Positions 1 through 12,835 are shown, counted from the stretch's first letter. The stretch: 64,000 bases of DNA from Octopus vulgaris (GCA_951406725.2 OX597814.1:35774001-35838000); one strand, 5' to 3'. Numbers and translations: made by a program. Notes: generated by a model from the letters alone, not told the origin.

Positions 1-8
1 ATATATAC

Positions 9-60
<52 letters not shown>

Positions 61-71
61 CATACATACAT

Positions 72-104
<33 letters not shown>

Positions 105-247
105 ATATATATATATATGTACATATGTATTTATATATACATATATATATATATACACACATATATATAAATAAATGAATATATATATATAGATACATAC
201 ATATATAAATAGATACATACATATGTATATATATATAGATATATAGG

Positions 248-302
<55 letters not shown>
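1..302. repeat. (TA)n/(TACA)n compound microsatellite
   Basis: Directly visible dinucleotide and tetranucleotide runs. Confidence 0.95.
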
Positions 303-305
<3 letters not shown>

Positions 306-789
306 GTGAGAGAGAGAGGAGGGACAGGGAGGAAGGGAAAGAGATAGAAACTGAGAGAGAAGTGAGTCGAAAGTCAGAGAATAATGTGAAGAGAAAGCAA
401 AGTTTAATATGGCTAAATAGAGTTAACCAACATCATGGTGAAGAGAAAATGCAATGTGAATGTAACAGTGACAGCGACAGAGATTAGGAGGGAAATGTAG
501 GGAGAGTAAGAAGAAAAGGAGGAAAGAGATAAAGAAAATAAGGAAAGATATAATTAAAGAAAGAGAGAGAGAGGCAGAAAGAGAAGGTGAGAGATTGAGA
601 GAGTGGCTGAGAGGGAGGGAAACTCAAAAAGGATAGAAGGTAATATGTGATAAATGAAGTGGAAAAGAAAGGTTATTAAGTGATATCTGAAATAAGAATC
701 GGAATAAAAAGAGATAACATTGCATGATGGGAGAACAAGACAGAGAGATTAAGAGAAAGTTGGAGACAAAGGAGAGAAGGAAAATAAGG

Positions 790-1130
790 AAAGACTACAG
801 AGAGAAAGAGATAGAGGAAGAATGAGAGAGAGAGTGAGAGTAAGGAAGAATGAGAGAGAGAGAGTAAGGAAGAATGAGAGAGTGAGAGAGAGAGAGCAAG
901 GAAGAATGTGAGAGAGTGAGCAAGGAAGAATGAGAGAGAGAGTAAGGAAGAATGAGAGAGAGAGAGAGTAAGGAAGAATGAGAGAGAGCAAGGAAGAGTG
1001 AGAGAGAGAGCAAGGAAGACTGAAAGAGGGAGAGCAAGGAAGAGTGAGAGAGAGAGAGCAAGGAAGAATGAGAGAGAGAGAGCAAGGAAGAATGAAAGAA
1101 GGAGAGCAAGGAAGAATGTGAGAGAGTGAG
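790..1130. repeat. Purine-rich minisatellite, unit ~GAGAGAGAG(C/T)AAGGAAGAAT (~20-30 bp)
   Basis: The AAGGAAGA(A/G)T motif recurs more than 10 times, separated by (GA)n. It explains ORFs 749..991 and 795..1109. Confidence 0.9.
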
Positions 1131-2139
1131 AAGATTTGGATTACTTAAAAATAAAATGTCTCAGCTAATGGAAGACAGAAATTGTTAAGATAGAAAGAAA
1201 ATGTATAAGAGATTAGAAAATGAGCGTTAATGAAATAGTTACAAAGATAAATAATAAAAGAAAATTTTCCTCAAGAAACACAAATATAACCAAGAATGAA
1301 ATAATTGCAAAGACAGAGAAGAAATATAATGAGAAGATTAAGTGTAAGAAAACTAATGAACGAAAATATCAAGCCATTAGCTGAAACCATTGCTTGATTA
1401 GGGTCTCATTGATATTATTGAAATTCTTACTGGTGTAGTAGAACATTTATTTAACTAATCAGTGTACATAGAGTAGCCAATTTGATATCTCTTTGTATTT
1501 CTCTTTTTTCTTTCTACTTTTTTTTCTTTTCTGTTTTGACATTTTAAATTTTTCTACTTTCTTTGGAGGGGAGAAACTTTAGAAAGCAAAAAAAAAAAAA
1601 AAAAAAAAGAAGACAGAAATAAAGTTAAATAATATTACAAGAAACCTGGAAACTGATTAATCACATTTGCACTTACACTAAATTAGAGTTCAGCAAAGAA
1701 TTATTACCGTTTTACATAGAAGTGATTTCTTTTTTTTTTTTTTTTTTGCTTTTTTCTGTTTATCTTTTTTTTTATATTTATTATTTTGTTGTTTTTTTTT
1801 CTTCATTAGTTATTTTGTTTTGGGTTTTGCTGTTATCTTTTTATTTTCAAAAACAAGTAACAAATAATATCTCCCGTAGCATTATGGTATTGTATAACAA
1901 TAAATATTTTTTTAATCAATTTTAAGCTAAGGAGATTTTCCTTGTTCAGGAAATAACACTCTTAGCATTCCAACACTTTAACCACAAAGCTACTGCCTTC
2001 TATCTATGCAGCACCTTAGGCAAGTACCTTCTACTAAAGTTCTGAACAGATCAATGACTAGTGAATGGCAGAAGAAAGCTTTAAGATTCCCATTGAGTAT
2101 GATATATGTGTATGTATACATATGTGTTGGGCCTCGTGG

Positions 2140-2500
2140 AGACAAAGTAACCAAAGCTGGTGGTGTGTGAAAAGCTCTTTTCAAGTGTTGGGCCTCATGG
2201 AGGCAATGACATATGACTGAGACCTTTGACCTTATGTTGTGCTTGAGAAGAAAATCCACAAATAAAATCATAGTCATAGCAGATACTGGTGTCACGCAAA
2301 TGGCACCCATGCTGGTGACACGTAAGAGCACCCATTACACTCTCAGAGTGGTTGGTGCTAGGAAGGGTATCCAGTTATAGAATCCATGCCAAATCAGACT
2401 GGAGTTTGGTGCAGTCTTCTAGCTTGCCAGCCCTGGTCAAATCATCCAACCCATGCCAGTATGGACAATGGACATTAAATGACGATGATGATGATGATGA
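2140..2500 (+). mobile_element. 5'-truncated RTE-clade LINE 3' end (family C tail)
   Basis: ORF-end remnant (VLGLMEAMT...VVLEKK), then the conserved tail GGTTGG.GYTAGGAAGGG.ATCCAG...CCAACCCATGC.AG.ATGG and (GAT)n. Confidence 0.75.
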
Positions 2501-2674
2501 TACATACATGCATAAATACATCATACTTACAACACACATACCCCCCACACATGTATGCACACACACATCGCACATGCACATAAATATATATAAAGCTAGA
2601 TGTATACATATGTTTGTATGTATGTCTCTCTTTCTCTCTCTCTTGTATCATGGCCTATTCATACCTTTGATGAA

Positions 2675-3100
2675 TCATGTCTTGTTCCTCTTCCATTTAT
2701 TTCTGTCTCTCGCAACATCACCCAGGTCTTTCTCACTCTGCACATTCATTCTCTTCTTCATCCAATCGAACATCATTCTCTGTCTTCCTCTCACTCTCCT
2801 TCCCACCAGCTCAGTCTCCACCATGTAACGCTCCATTCTGTCATCCTCTCTAAGAAAATGACCAACGAATCTCCACTGTCTCTCTCTCTCTGATAGTATC
2901 CATCAACTGTCTCTTCACTTTCATCTTATTCAACACTTCCACATTCATCACCCTCTGCACCCACGAGATTCTAAACATTTTTCTATAAAACCACATTTTG
3001 GCATCTTTGAGTTTCTTCTCCATGACTTTGCTTATCGTCCAAGACTCACATCCATATGTTAACATCGACCAGATGTAGCACTTCAATAGTCTTTTTCTGT
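2675..3100 (-). mobile_element. RTE (BovB-like) LINE reverse transcriptase C-terminal fragment, decayed
   Basis: Translation RKRLLKCYIWSMLTYGCESWTISKVMEKKLKDAKMWFYRKMFRISW, then after a frameshift RQWRFVGH...GRRVRGRQRM. These are typical RTE post-RT motifs (YGCESW, RGRQR). Confidence 0.85.
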
Positions 3101-3231
3101 ATAAATCATGGAATGTGTGTATATGTATGAAATGTATATGAATATTGTCATTCTGCAGTTCTGCTTGACACCATCTTAGCAAAATTCTGATATGCAGTTT
3201 ACATTCCTTGTTGACATTAAATGATGATGAC

Positions 3232-3273
<42 letters not shown>

Positions 3274-4599
3274 ACATATATGCAAAGATCTGTGAAATAA
3301 TGAAATCCTTTAACTGGAAAACACATATGGGTTTGTAACAAGAAGAACCTTCAAATAAATCCCTGTCTAATCTATGCTAGTATAGAAAAATGGGCATTAA
3401 ATGAACAAATGACTACACACACACACAGAGTCAAGATATGAACTAAAATATCGTTACTAATATCTCTAATAAGTTCATGATTAAGTTAAAAACAGCTCAA
3501 CCAATCATTGGATATTATAAGACCAGCAGCCTTCTTTGAAATTACATCAACTCATGAGATATTTACATCTGCCCATAAATGTAGTGTTGGCTAAAAGCTG
3601 TAGAGCTGTTGTGTAATGCAGTATAACATTAAATTAAAACTCTGTTAATGTATCATTAATTTATCTATTAAATTAGCTGTCTTTCTGACTTGATGTGAAA
3701 CCCGAGTAGCAGTGGGTTTATAAGCAGTGCATCTGTGTACAGTTAAATGGGGTATGCAGTTGCTGATGAAATATCATCAACACAAGATTGAAATCAAACT
3801 GGCAGGTCCCTCATTTTCTGTCCACAAAGACATATGCATATAGAAAATATATTCACATTACTCTATATGTGCAATGTTAGTTAAAATCCATAGGTCTGTT
3901 CAGTAAAACAGTATATGATTGAGACAAAATACTGTTAATGCACTAGTAATTTAGATATATACATATATGCATGTGAGTGAGTAATTTGATTTCTGGTTGA
4001 ATAATTGTTGGTTTTCAACAGCATGTAATCATGGGTTCCAGAAAATTAAGAAATTCTATTAAAAAGGATTGTTTAGTTACTCTTTTGATGTTGAGTACTC
4101 ATTCTTTTGATATATTACTAACACACACACATACATACTCAACATACACACACGCTTGCAATTCTTTATTCTACGGAATGTGATGTTTCAATTTAGTAGA
4201 AGGTTATAGGTAAGTTAAGTACATAGATTTAATTAAGTCATGACTGTTGCTGTTTTTCTATGCAATATTTGTGCTGTTATTTGACAGCTAATGTAGTTAA
4301 TAATCTTGTTCCCATTTTTCTATATTTATATTTCTGTGTATGTATATTTCAATATTTTTCTACACTGAGTGAAGGGACGATGGTTTTAAGGTAATAGTAT
4401 ATTAATGTTCAGTAGTGTTGTATTTTAAGAATTAGTACAGGGCAGAGGGAATTCTTTTGTACTTGCATGAACAACCTCTCAAATTCTTGTAGCACAATAA
4501 AATGTACTCAGTGTGTGCAGTAATAGGTTGGTGATTCAACTGTAATAAAGATGATATATAAGCTATGAACACACCAGAGGTGCAGTAGATTAATAGGAA

Positions 4600-5472
4600 G
4601 GTTATCAGAGAAGATAGTTTTCATATGTGGAAGATGCACAGGATCCATGAAATTTTAGAGACTCAGGAAATTGATTCTCTCAAATGCCCTGTGGCTCATT
4701 AGAGGTAGTAGATAATTTCTGCTACCTAGGGGACCAAATTAGTAGTGGGGAGGATGCACGGAGAGTGTGATAGCAAGAATAGGATGGAGGAAATTCAGAG
4801 AGCTCTTACTTCTGTTGGCCATGAAAGGTTTCTTTCTCCAAGTGAAAGGGAGATTGTATGATGTATGTATACGGACTGCATTTTTATTTGGTAGTGAGAC
4901 AGGGGCCCTGAATGCAGAGGACATATGAAGGTTAGAAAGAAATGAGGTTTGTATGCTCCACTGAATGTGTAATGTAAGTGTACATGTTCAACAGAGTGCT
5001 AGTGTTTTGAGAAAGAAGTTAGCCGTAAGAGGAATTGGCTGGTGCGTGAAAGAGGGAAGACTGTGTTGGTTCGGTCATGTGATGTAGAATGAAGCCGACA
5101 GCTCCATAAAGAAGTGTTGGTCTCTCAAAGTAGATGGAACACGTGGAAGTGGGAGACCCAGGATGAAGTACTGAAGAACGACCTCAGGATGCCAAACCTT
5201 TCAGGCGAGATGATAAAGGACCGAGATGTCTGGTGCCTTTCTGTACTTAAGAAGACCTGAACTCTGCAGCAGAAGTATTATGACCGGTCCTTCTGGTGGA
5301 GCAAAGCACTTGTTGTGGTGCTACATAAAAGTACCCAGCACACTCTCCATAGTGGTTGGCATTAAAAAGGGCATCCAGCCATAGACACTGGAGTGTGCTG
5401 CAGCTCCTAGTTTGCTAAGTCTGGTCAACCCACCCAACCCCATGCCACCATGGACAATGGACATTAAATGAT
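4600..5472 (+). mobile_element. RTE-clade LINE 3' fragment (RT C-terminus plus family C 3' UTR), decayed
   Basis: LEVVDNFCYLGDQI...GWRKFRELL...VKGRLYDVCIRTAFLFGSET...RLCWFGHVM...GTRGSGRPR with stops and frameshifts, followed by the family C tail. Confidence 0.9.
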
Positions 5473-5474
5473 AC

Positions 5475-5903
5475 TCTCTTTTACTCTTTTACTTGTTTCA
5501 GTCATTTGACTGCAGCCATGCTGGAGCACCGCCAGTACTTATTCTATCGGTCTCTTTTGCCGAACCGCTAAGTGACGGGGACGTAAACACACCAGCATCG
5601 GTTGTCAAGCAATTCTAGGGGGACAAACACAGACACAAACACATACACACACATATATTAAATCCTTAAATCCTTAAAAATGTTTTAGCCCGAAGGCCGC
5701 GGCCATGCTGGGGCACCACTGCTATATATATACATATATACGACGGGCTTCTTTCAGTTTCCGTCTACCAAATCCACTCACAAGGCATTGGTCGGCCCGA
5801 GGCTATAGCAGAAGACACTTGCCCAAGATACCACGCAGTGGGACTGAACCCGGAACCATGTGATTGATTAGCAAGCTACTTACTACACAGCCACTCCTGC
5901 GCC
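5475..5903 (-). mobile_element. tRNA-headed CORE-type SINE, family B
   Basis: Reverse complement of head GGCGCAGGAGTGGCTGTGTGGTAAG...GGTTCAGTCCC, a CORE-like CTTGGGCAAGTG, a central microsatellite, and the tail CAGTCAAATGACTGAAACAAGTAAAAGAG. Confidence 0.85.
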
Positions 5904-8025
5904 TATGATGATAATATAAGTCTATATTACCAGATGACAAAAAACAGCAAAGAAAGTTATTATTCTTTGAGACTCATTTAACTAATACAAGAACAGAAAA
6001 AAAAAGGAGTAAATATAATGGCGACAATGATGAAGATGATGATGTTGATGGTGGTGGTCATGATAATGATGATGACGATGATAATGAAATGTATGTTGCC
6101 AAAATATATAATGAAACACATTGGGTTTGAAATGTAGACCTATGAGCTGATAGAAATGTTAATACCATACTTATTGATCCATATTGTTTCTGTCAGCTAG
6201 TTTACTTCGTTGAATGTCTCAAAGGACCCTTATTTAGTAGAACTCAGACAATTTTATCTTCAACCTAAAAACTGTTCGGTTAATTTTTGTGTTTTTGTGC
6301 CTTTTTTTTTTATAGCACACTGGATACTGAGTTAGAATGTATCAAAGCAGCTGTTAAAGATGGGTGGGAGTTGGAGGAAGATGTGATTAAAACTTTTATA
6401 TATTCACAGCAGACAACATTTTGGATGAGAAATGTTTTGATTATAGACACTTATATTATAAACTAAATATAAAACCATAGAGATTTCAAGTATAATATTA
6501 TGGAAATTGCAAATATCTCTAGGAGTGCAATTTCCTTAAGTATTGTTCAACTCCTTGAAGAAAGCAGTTCACCAAATTAGATTATTTAAGCAAAGTCATA
6601 AAACAATTTAATTGTATAAAGTTCTGCTTATCGGATATATACTTTGTTGTCTCTGACGCAGTGGACGTTAGCTAATGGTGATCGCTAGACAATAATAAAC
6701 TATATGTTTTATGGCCAGTATATTGCTGTCATTTTCCATTATGCTTATAGTACTACTTCTTGCAGATTAAATAATGCTACAGTAAATATCAGGTGCATAA
6801 GAAATGAAAAATACTGTTATATTAAAGCTTAATTCTTATACATTACTTTCTACTCTATGCCTCTATTGGTTCAAAATAGGCAAACTAGCTAATTTCACAT
6901 TATTGTCTTGCTTTTCTTCACCCTTCTCAGAGACGGGTAATTAAAGTATTCACGTTCGGTGGTGGGGAAAATGATAAGACAGCAGTGCAAAAGGAGATTA
7001 GGTGTTTGAGAAACTGTTTAGTACAGTACTTCAGATTTATTAACCATTCTCCAACACAATACTCTCTCTCCTTCTGCTTCACTCCTTCTCTTGTTCTTTC
7101 TTTCTTTCTTTCTCTCTCTCTCTCTCCTTCTTTTTCTCTTTCTAACTATATCTGCCATACAATCATGTCAGAATCTCTTTATTGTACTAAAAGACCACCA
7201 GCATACAGAAAAACATTCCAAAAATTGACAAAAAATGGTGTTACTGTTTGCAAGGATAATAAAAATATCTAAGATTTGTGAGGATAACCTTTGATAAGAA
7301 AAATAATAGAGCTTCTTAAAACTTCGAATATTTCTTCATGTTATGGAATATGAGCAAACCTCACATTTAACTTTTTTATAGAATTGACTTTCTTTTAGCT
7401 CAGACCACTAGTAATCTCCAAGAATTTTTGTAACTACAGTGATATTTTTTCATCAACTTTATTGCTTACACTTGAACTAAGCATTAGTTGTTAAGGTTTA
7501 TTTTTTCTTGGTAACATTTCATTTAAAATAAATCTACATGTAGCTTTTAATCTTTGAATTCTACCATTTAAATTTTGCAAGTATTCACATAGTGAGAAGC
7601 AGTCAAAGAGTTAACCAAATTTGGCGGATCCTTTTCCTGACTGTGATTGGCTAGATTTTTGTAACATATTTTCTTTCACAGAAATATACTAGGCCAATAG
7701 CAGTAGCAGATTTAAGTTGTCACTATACTCAGTGAAGGATTTGTTAAAACTCCCAAGCTATCTTAGCTCAAGGCCAAAGCATATCTAAAGTTATTGTGGT
7801 GCTGTCAAAGATTAGACTCACTCCCCACTATATTTTGTATTTTATTAATTCTAATTAATTTACATTAGGCGTTTGAGAAACTGTTTAGTACAGTACTTCA
7901 GATTTATTAACCATTCTCCAACTCAATACTCTCTCCCTCTGCTTCACACCTTCTCTTATTCTTTCTTACTTTCTTTCTTTCTTTCTTCCTTTCTTCTTCT
8001 CTCTCTCTCTTCTCCTTCTATCTAG

Positions 8026-8469
8026 CATGATCATTGCCACCATCCGAGCATGAGCGTTGCCAGAGCAGCTAACTGGCTAACCGTGCTGGTGGCACATAAA
8101 AAGCACTATTTGAGTGTGATCTTTACCAGCGTCACCTTACTGGCACTTGTGCTGGTGGCACATGAAAAAACATTCAAGTGAGGTTGTTGCCAGTGCCGCT
8201 GGACTGGCTCCTGTGCAGGTAGGACATAAAAGAAACACCATTTGAGAATGACCATTGCCAGTGCTGCCTGACAGGCCTTCGTGCCAGTGGCACGTAAAAA
8301 GCATCCACTACACTCTCGGAGTGGTTGGTGTTAGGAAGGGCATCCAGCTGTAGAAACTCTGCCAGATTAGATCGGAGCCTGGAGCAGCCATCTGGTTCGC
8401 CAGTCCTCAGTCAAATCGTCTAACCCATGCTAGCATGGAAAGCGGACGTTAAACGACGACGATGATGAA

Positions 8470-8500
<31 letters not shown>
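8026..8500 (+). mobile_element. Family C (RTE 3' UTR) copy with ~4 tandem ~65-bp units and (GAT)n tail
   Basis: GGTGGCAC.TAAAAAGC at ~8088, 8154, 8218 and 8286, followed by the conserved tail. Confidence 0.85.
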
Positions 8501-8502
<2 letters not shown>

Positions 8503-8922
8503 CTGCCATATTAATTCAAATCCTGGGAGTTGTTGCCTTGCCTTTCTTAACCAGAGTTAATTTCGGCTCCTCACTACTGGTGTAATTTTAACTACTGTAA
8601 ACCTCTAAAGTCTAAAATTAGTGGGACATGTAAATTATGGCATATGGCAGTACAAATTTTGTCCCATGCACTTTCACCCCCACCCCAGAATAGTGTAATG
8701 AAGATTTATTATGCACTAGATTATTTCTTCTTATTATATATCAATATATTTGATAGAAAATGAAACATTAAAAACTAATACATTGTATTATATTAGAACT
8801 TCTATTCTTGATGAGGTTGTGCATCAGTGTCTGTTATACATAGTATTGCAAAGAATTTAAGGCAACTGAAAGCGCAAAATTGAGATGCTCATAATATTCA
8901 GTGTAGCGTTTATGAAATAATA

Positions 8923-9120
8923 GGCGCAGGAGCGGCTGTGTGGTGAGTAGCTTGCTTACCAACCACATGTTTCCAGGTTCATTCCCACTGTGTGTCACCT
9001 TGGGCAAGTGTCTTCTACTATAGCCTCGGGGCAACCAAAGCCTTGTGAGTGGATTTGGCAGATGGAAACTGAAAGAAGCCCATCATATATGTATATATAT
9101 ATATATATGTATATATATAC

Positions 9121-9185
<65 letters not shown>

Positions 9186-9189
9186 TATG

Positions 9190-9234
<45 letters not shown>

Positions 9235-9447
9235 GTGTGTATATGTTTGTGTCTGTGTTCATCCCCGCAACATCACTTGACAACCAATGGTAGTGTGTTT
9301 GCATCCCCGTAACTTAGCGGTTTGGCAAAAGAGGCTGATAGAATAAGTACTAGGGTTACAAAGAATAAGTCCTGGGGTCGATTTGCTCGACTAAAGGTGG
9401 TGCTCCGGCATGGCTGCAGTCAAATGACTGAAACATGTAAAAGAGTA
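8923..9447 (+). mobile_element. SINE family B, full length
   Basis: tRNA-like A and B boxes, CORE-like CACCTTGGGCAAGTG, internal (TA)n and the conserved tail. Confidence 0.9.
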
Positions 9448-9780
9448 TGTGTGCATATATGTATGCATATTTGTATCTATGTATGCACATATACAAATAT
9501 GCATATATGTATATATGTATGCATGTTTGTATGTATATATGACGTTAAACTGCATCTGGTAGTGGAACCTTGGTGCAGGAGTTCCAAGGTTTCAAAGAAT
9601 GTGAAACTACCTCTTAGACACTATGATTCTCATGTCTGCTCTGGAATTCCTGAAAGATCCCTACTTCTCAATAGGAGAAGGTACAATTGTATAAAAGTCC
9701 TGAACTGCTGTTCCATTGGTTTTATAACTGATAGTACTGCAAAGTAGGTTCTGTGCTATGCAATATGTTATTCACTCAAA

Positions 9781-9996
9781 GGCAATGAGCTGGCAGAAAC
9801 GTTAGCATGCTGGGTGAAATGCTTAGCAGTATTTCTTCTGTCTTTATGTTCTGAGTTCAAATTCCGCTGAGGTCAACTTTGACTTTCATACTTTCAGGGT
9901 CAATAAATTAAGTACTTGTTTCGTACAGGAGGCGATCTAATCGACTGGCCCGTTCCCTCCAAATTTCAGGCCTTATGCCTCGAGGAGAAAAGAATT
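9781..9996 (+). mobile_element. tRNA-headed SINE family A (Meta/MESC-like central domain) with ~14-bp TSD
   Basis: GGC..GAGCTGGCAGAAACGTTAGC...GAGTTCAAATTCCG...GACTTT..CTTTCAT.CTTTC.GGGTC.ATAAATTAAGTAC. Flanked by TTATTCACTCAAAG (9768-9781) and TTATCCACTCAAAG (9997-10010). Confidence 0.85.
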
Positions 9997-10310
9997 TTAT
10001 CCACTCAAAGCAAATTCACACACATGAAATTCTTGGACTCATGGAATGTTTGCATAGATTTGCTGAATTTAGGAAGTGATCTTACTCAGTCATAAATTGA
10101 CTTCCACCATGTATGCATATAGGTATGTATGCACAGATTCTACAAACCCAAAGGATCCTCTGCATGGTTGCTTCACCAATCCAAATTGATAGAAAGAAAG
10201 AGCAACTGAATCTTCTCCAAATCCCAGTCTAACATTTTAAAAATGAAAAAGGTAGACCACATGGTGCAATATTGTTCTAGATGCACAAAAATGCAGGATA
10301 ATCAAAGCCC

Positions 10311-10357
10311 AAATTGGACAAACCTACGATCAATAATATCGTAGGTTTGTCCAATTT
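10311..10357. other. Perfect 20-bp inverted repeat with 7-nt loop
   Basis: AAATTGGACAAACCTACGAT caataat ATCGTAGGTTTGTCCAATTT. Confidence 0.95.
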
Positions 10358-11479
10358 CGGCAGAGTAACAGTGGTTAAAAAGCAACAATTACTATGTTAA
10401 AGATAAAAAATAAAATTTTATAAAGCGTCCATAGAACTAATAATTCAAATATGTATATTCACTTTAAGAAACAACTAATATTCTTCCCCACTACACTAGA
10501 TAATTAATCATAATGCCATTTGTCAGTAAATTAACTCATCTTGAGTTAATTTTCAAAATTGGTCGAGAGAAAATTAATGTTAAATTTTTTCTGCATTTCT
10601 AAGTTGCCAGCATGGCTATCAGTGAGAATAATTTCTTTTGACTCAGTACAAAATGATGTAAGGTTTTTATACTTCCCTCCCCAAGAATATTAATAGCGTT
10701 GACAGAATAAAAAAAGAAAAGTTGATGTTCAATGTAAAATGCTTCAATTAATAAAGGGGTCTTCATTATGCTTGTTTACAACTGGTATAATCCTGTAGAT
10801 AATTTGAGTGGCTTTTAACTGTGAACATTCTGATTAACCAGAACTATTAAACAATCCATAGTTTGAGATAATGCTGGCTGAAATCAATCTGAGGTTACTT
10901 TGCTTTTGACAACTGCTGTGGTCATGACTTTTTGATCCCAGCCTCGAATAAAGGCTGTAGTAATGTTATAAAACCCTTTGGCTAGTTATTAATGCTTTTG
11001 CCAAGTCTCTGGCCACATTTTTTATTCTGACTGAATAGAGCTATGATCAAAGGCATTTCAGATATGACCAAGTTATCTAAATCTACTGATATTTTTTTTA
11101 TTCGGGGCACAGTGTATTGAGAAACATATTATCCAATGGGTCCTTCATGTTTTCAGAACAGTATGATGTGGTATGAAGGAAATCTGGCTGCTGTTTCCAG
11201 ATGTGTGGCTTGTTATATTTCTTTACTTAAAAGCATTAGACTGAGTGAACCTGAAGATTTATTACCTCTGGAAGCATAAATTACCTTGTATTCAAAATTG
11301 TTAAATGCATGCCCTAATTGTTTTTATATATTTTTAAAAATTGATCTCAATTTTTCAAAATGCCCTGCATGTGCCAATTCAGTATGTTTTCTTTAAAAGT
11401 ACTTGTATAACTACTACACCATACTATTTCTTGGAAATTGTAAAAAGTCTGAAATGATTCTTTTGTCAGCACGAATGTA

Positions 11480-11692
11480 CAAGGGAGTGGTGAAAAGTTC
11501 TTGGCTTTGGGTAAAAGAAAATACAGGAGGATCAGTTAATTATGATTTTATTCAACATATTCCCTCCTCTCTCACACTTATTGCAGTGATCCTTTAGTTT
11601 TTCTAAGTCCTACAAAAGCATTTGGAAAGTTGAGCCTCCAACCAGGTCCTTCATGATGACCTTAAAGCCAGGATCTTTTTAGCACCCCCTCA
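11480..11692. mobile_element. mariner-derived MITE (~213 bp, TA TSD)
   Basis: TA|CAAGGGAGTGGTGAAAAGTTCTTGGCTTT ... AAAGCCAGGATCTTTTTAGCACCCCCTCA|TA. A second copy in opposite orientation lies at ~60325-60544. Confidence 0.8.
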
Positions 11693-12594
11693 TATCTGAC
11701 ACACTCTGTATGTGATTTTCACATCAGAGTGAGAGTTTTTCTTAAATATTTATACAGTTGAGTCAATTTGTTATACTTAACCACAACTTCACTTTACTAA
11801 AGAATCTTGCATATTCTTGTTTCTTAAATTCCAGTTTTCCATGTTCTGGAGCTTTACTCATACCCATTAATGTTAAAAGTGTAGCTGCTTGGTTTGTAAT
11901 TTTTGACCAATTTTATGATCTAATTTTCTGTGTGCACAGACTATTTCATATTTGTCCATTGAATGTATTATGTGATCAGAAGTAAAACCACTACAGTTTG
12001 CACTGCCTCTGACATTATATGAATCACTTGAGCAGATTGTCCTTCTAGATTCTATGAAAATGTTCAAATAGTTCATGCTTTGGTGATTCAGATTTACCAT
12101 TTCCTTGAATTAACTAATACCAGTGTATTCTGAAGCAGATTGTCAGAAGACCTCACCTACTGGGCAGGCACCACATATCGCATAATTTCAATGCTTTGCT
12201 CTGCTTTAATGTTGTATAAATACCATCGCAATATTTATATTGTAATAAAGCTGAACCAAAACATGAATGCTTGTGTTCTTGTTTCTCGTTGCATTACATG
12301 ACAAACAGGATTTTATTTTTATTGTAAAAACACAAGAAATACTAATGTATGTCGTTAATTTGTTACCAGCCAATCAGTAACCACCAGTCTCTATATCAAT
12401 TTCGATTAATTAAAATTTGGGGATTGACCCTCTAATCATCTTTGCTGTTCTTGTTATTACCACTAAGGGTGAAATTTTAATGGAATAAAAATCCATGTAT
12501 TACTACTTAAAGTTTTCTACTACCCACTTGACTAAATTCGAGTAGTGTGTGTGCGTGTGTGTGCATGTGCGTGTGTGTGTGTGTGTGTGTGTAT

Positions 12595-12775
12595 AAGGGG
12601 AGGGTATAAGTTGATTACATCGACCCCAGTGCTCAACTGGTACTTATTTTATTGACCCCAAAAGGTAGAAAGGCAAAGTCAACCTCGGTAGAATTTGAAC
12701 TTAGACTGTAAAGATGGATGAAATGCCACTAAGTATTTTGTATGGTGTGCTAACAATTCTTCCGCTTGCTGCCTT
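12595..12775 (-). mobile_element. SINE family A
   Basis: Reverse complement of the family A body (GTACTTATTTTATTGACCCC...AAGGCAAAGTC...AATTTGAACT). Confidence 0.8.
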
Positions 12776-12835
12776 ATTTTGGCAAAGCAATAATAATGAT
12801 AATTTTCCATGAGGCTTTCCCAATATTTTTTTTTA

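Noticed and set aside
2850-3341. 163-aa ORF as a host gene
   Set aside because: It is a chance fusion of (CAT)n and a decayed RTE fragment.
11873-12100. ORF with SYNVRG resembling an APE endonuclease N-terminus
   Set aside because: A single short motif, with no further APE motifs recognised.
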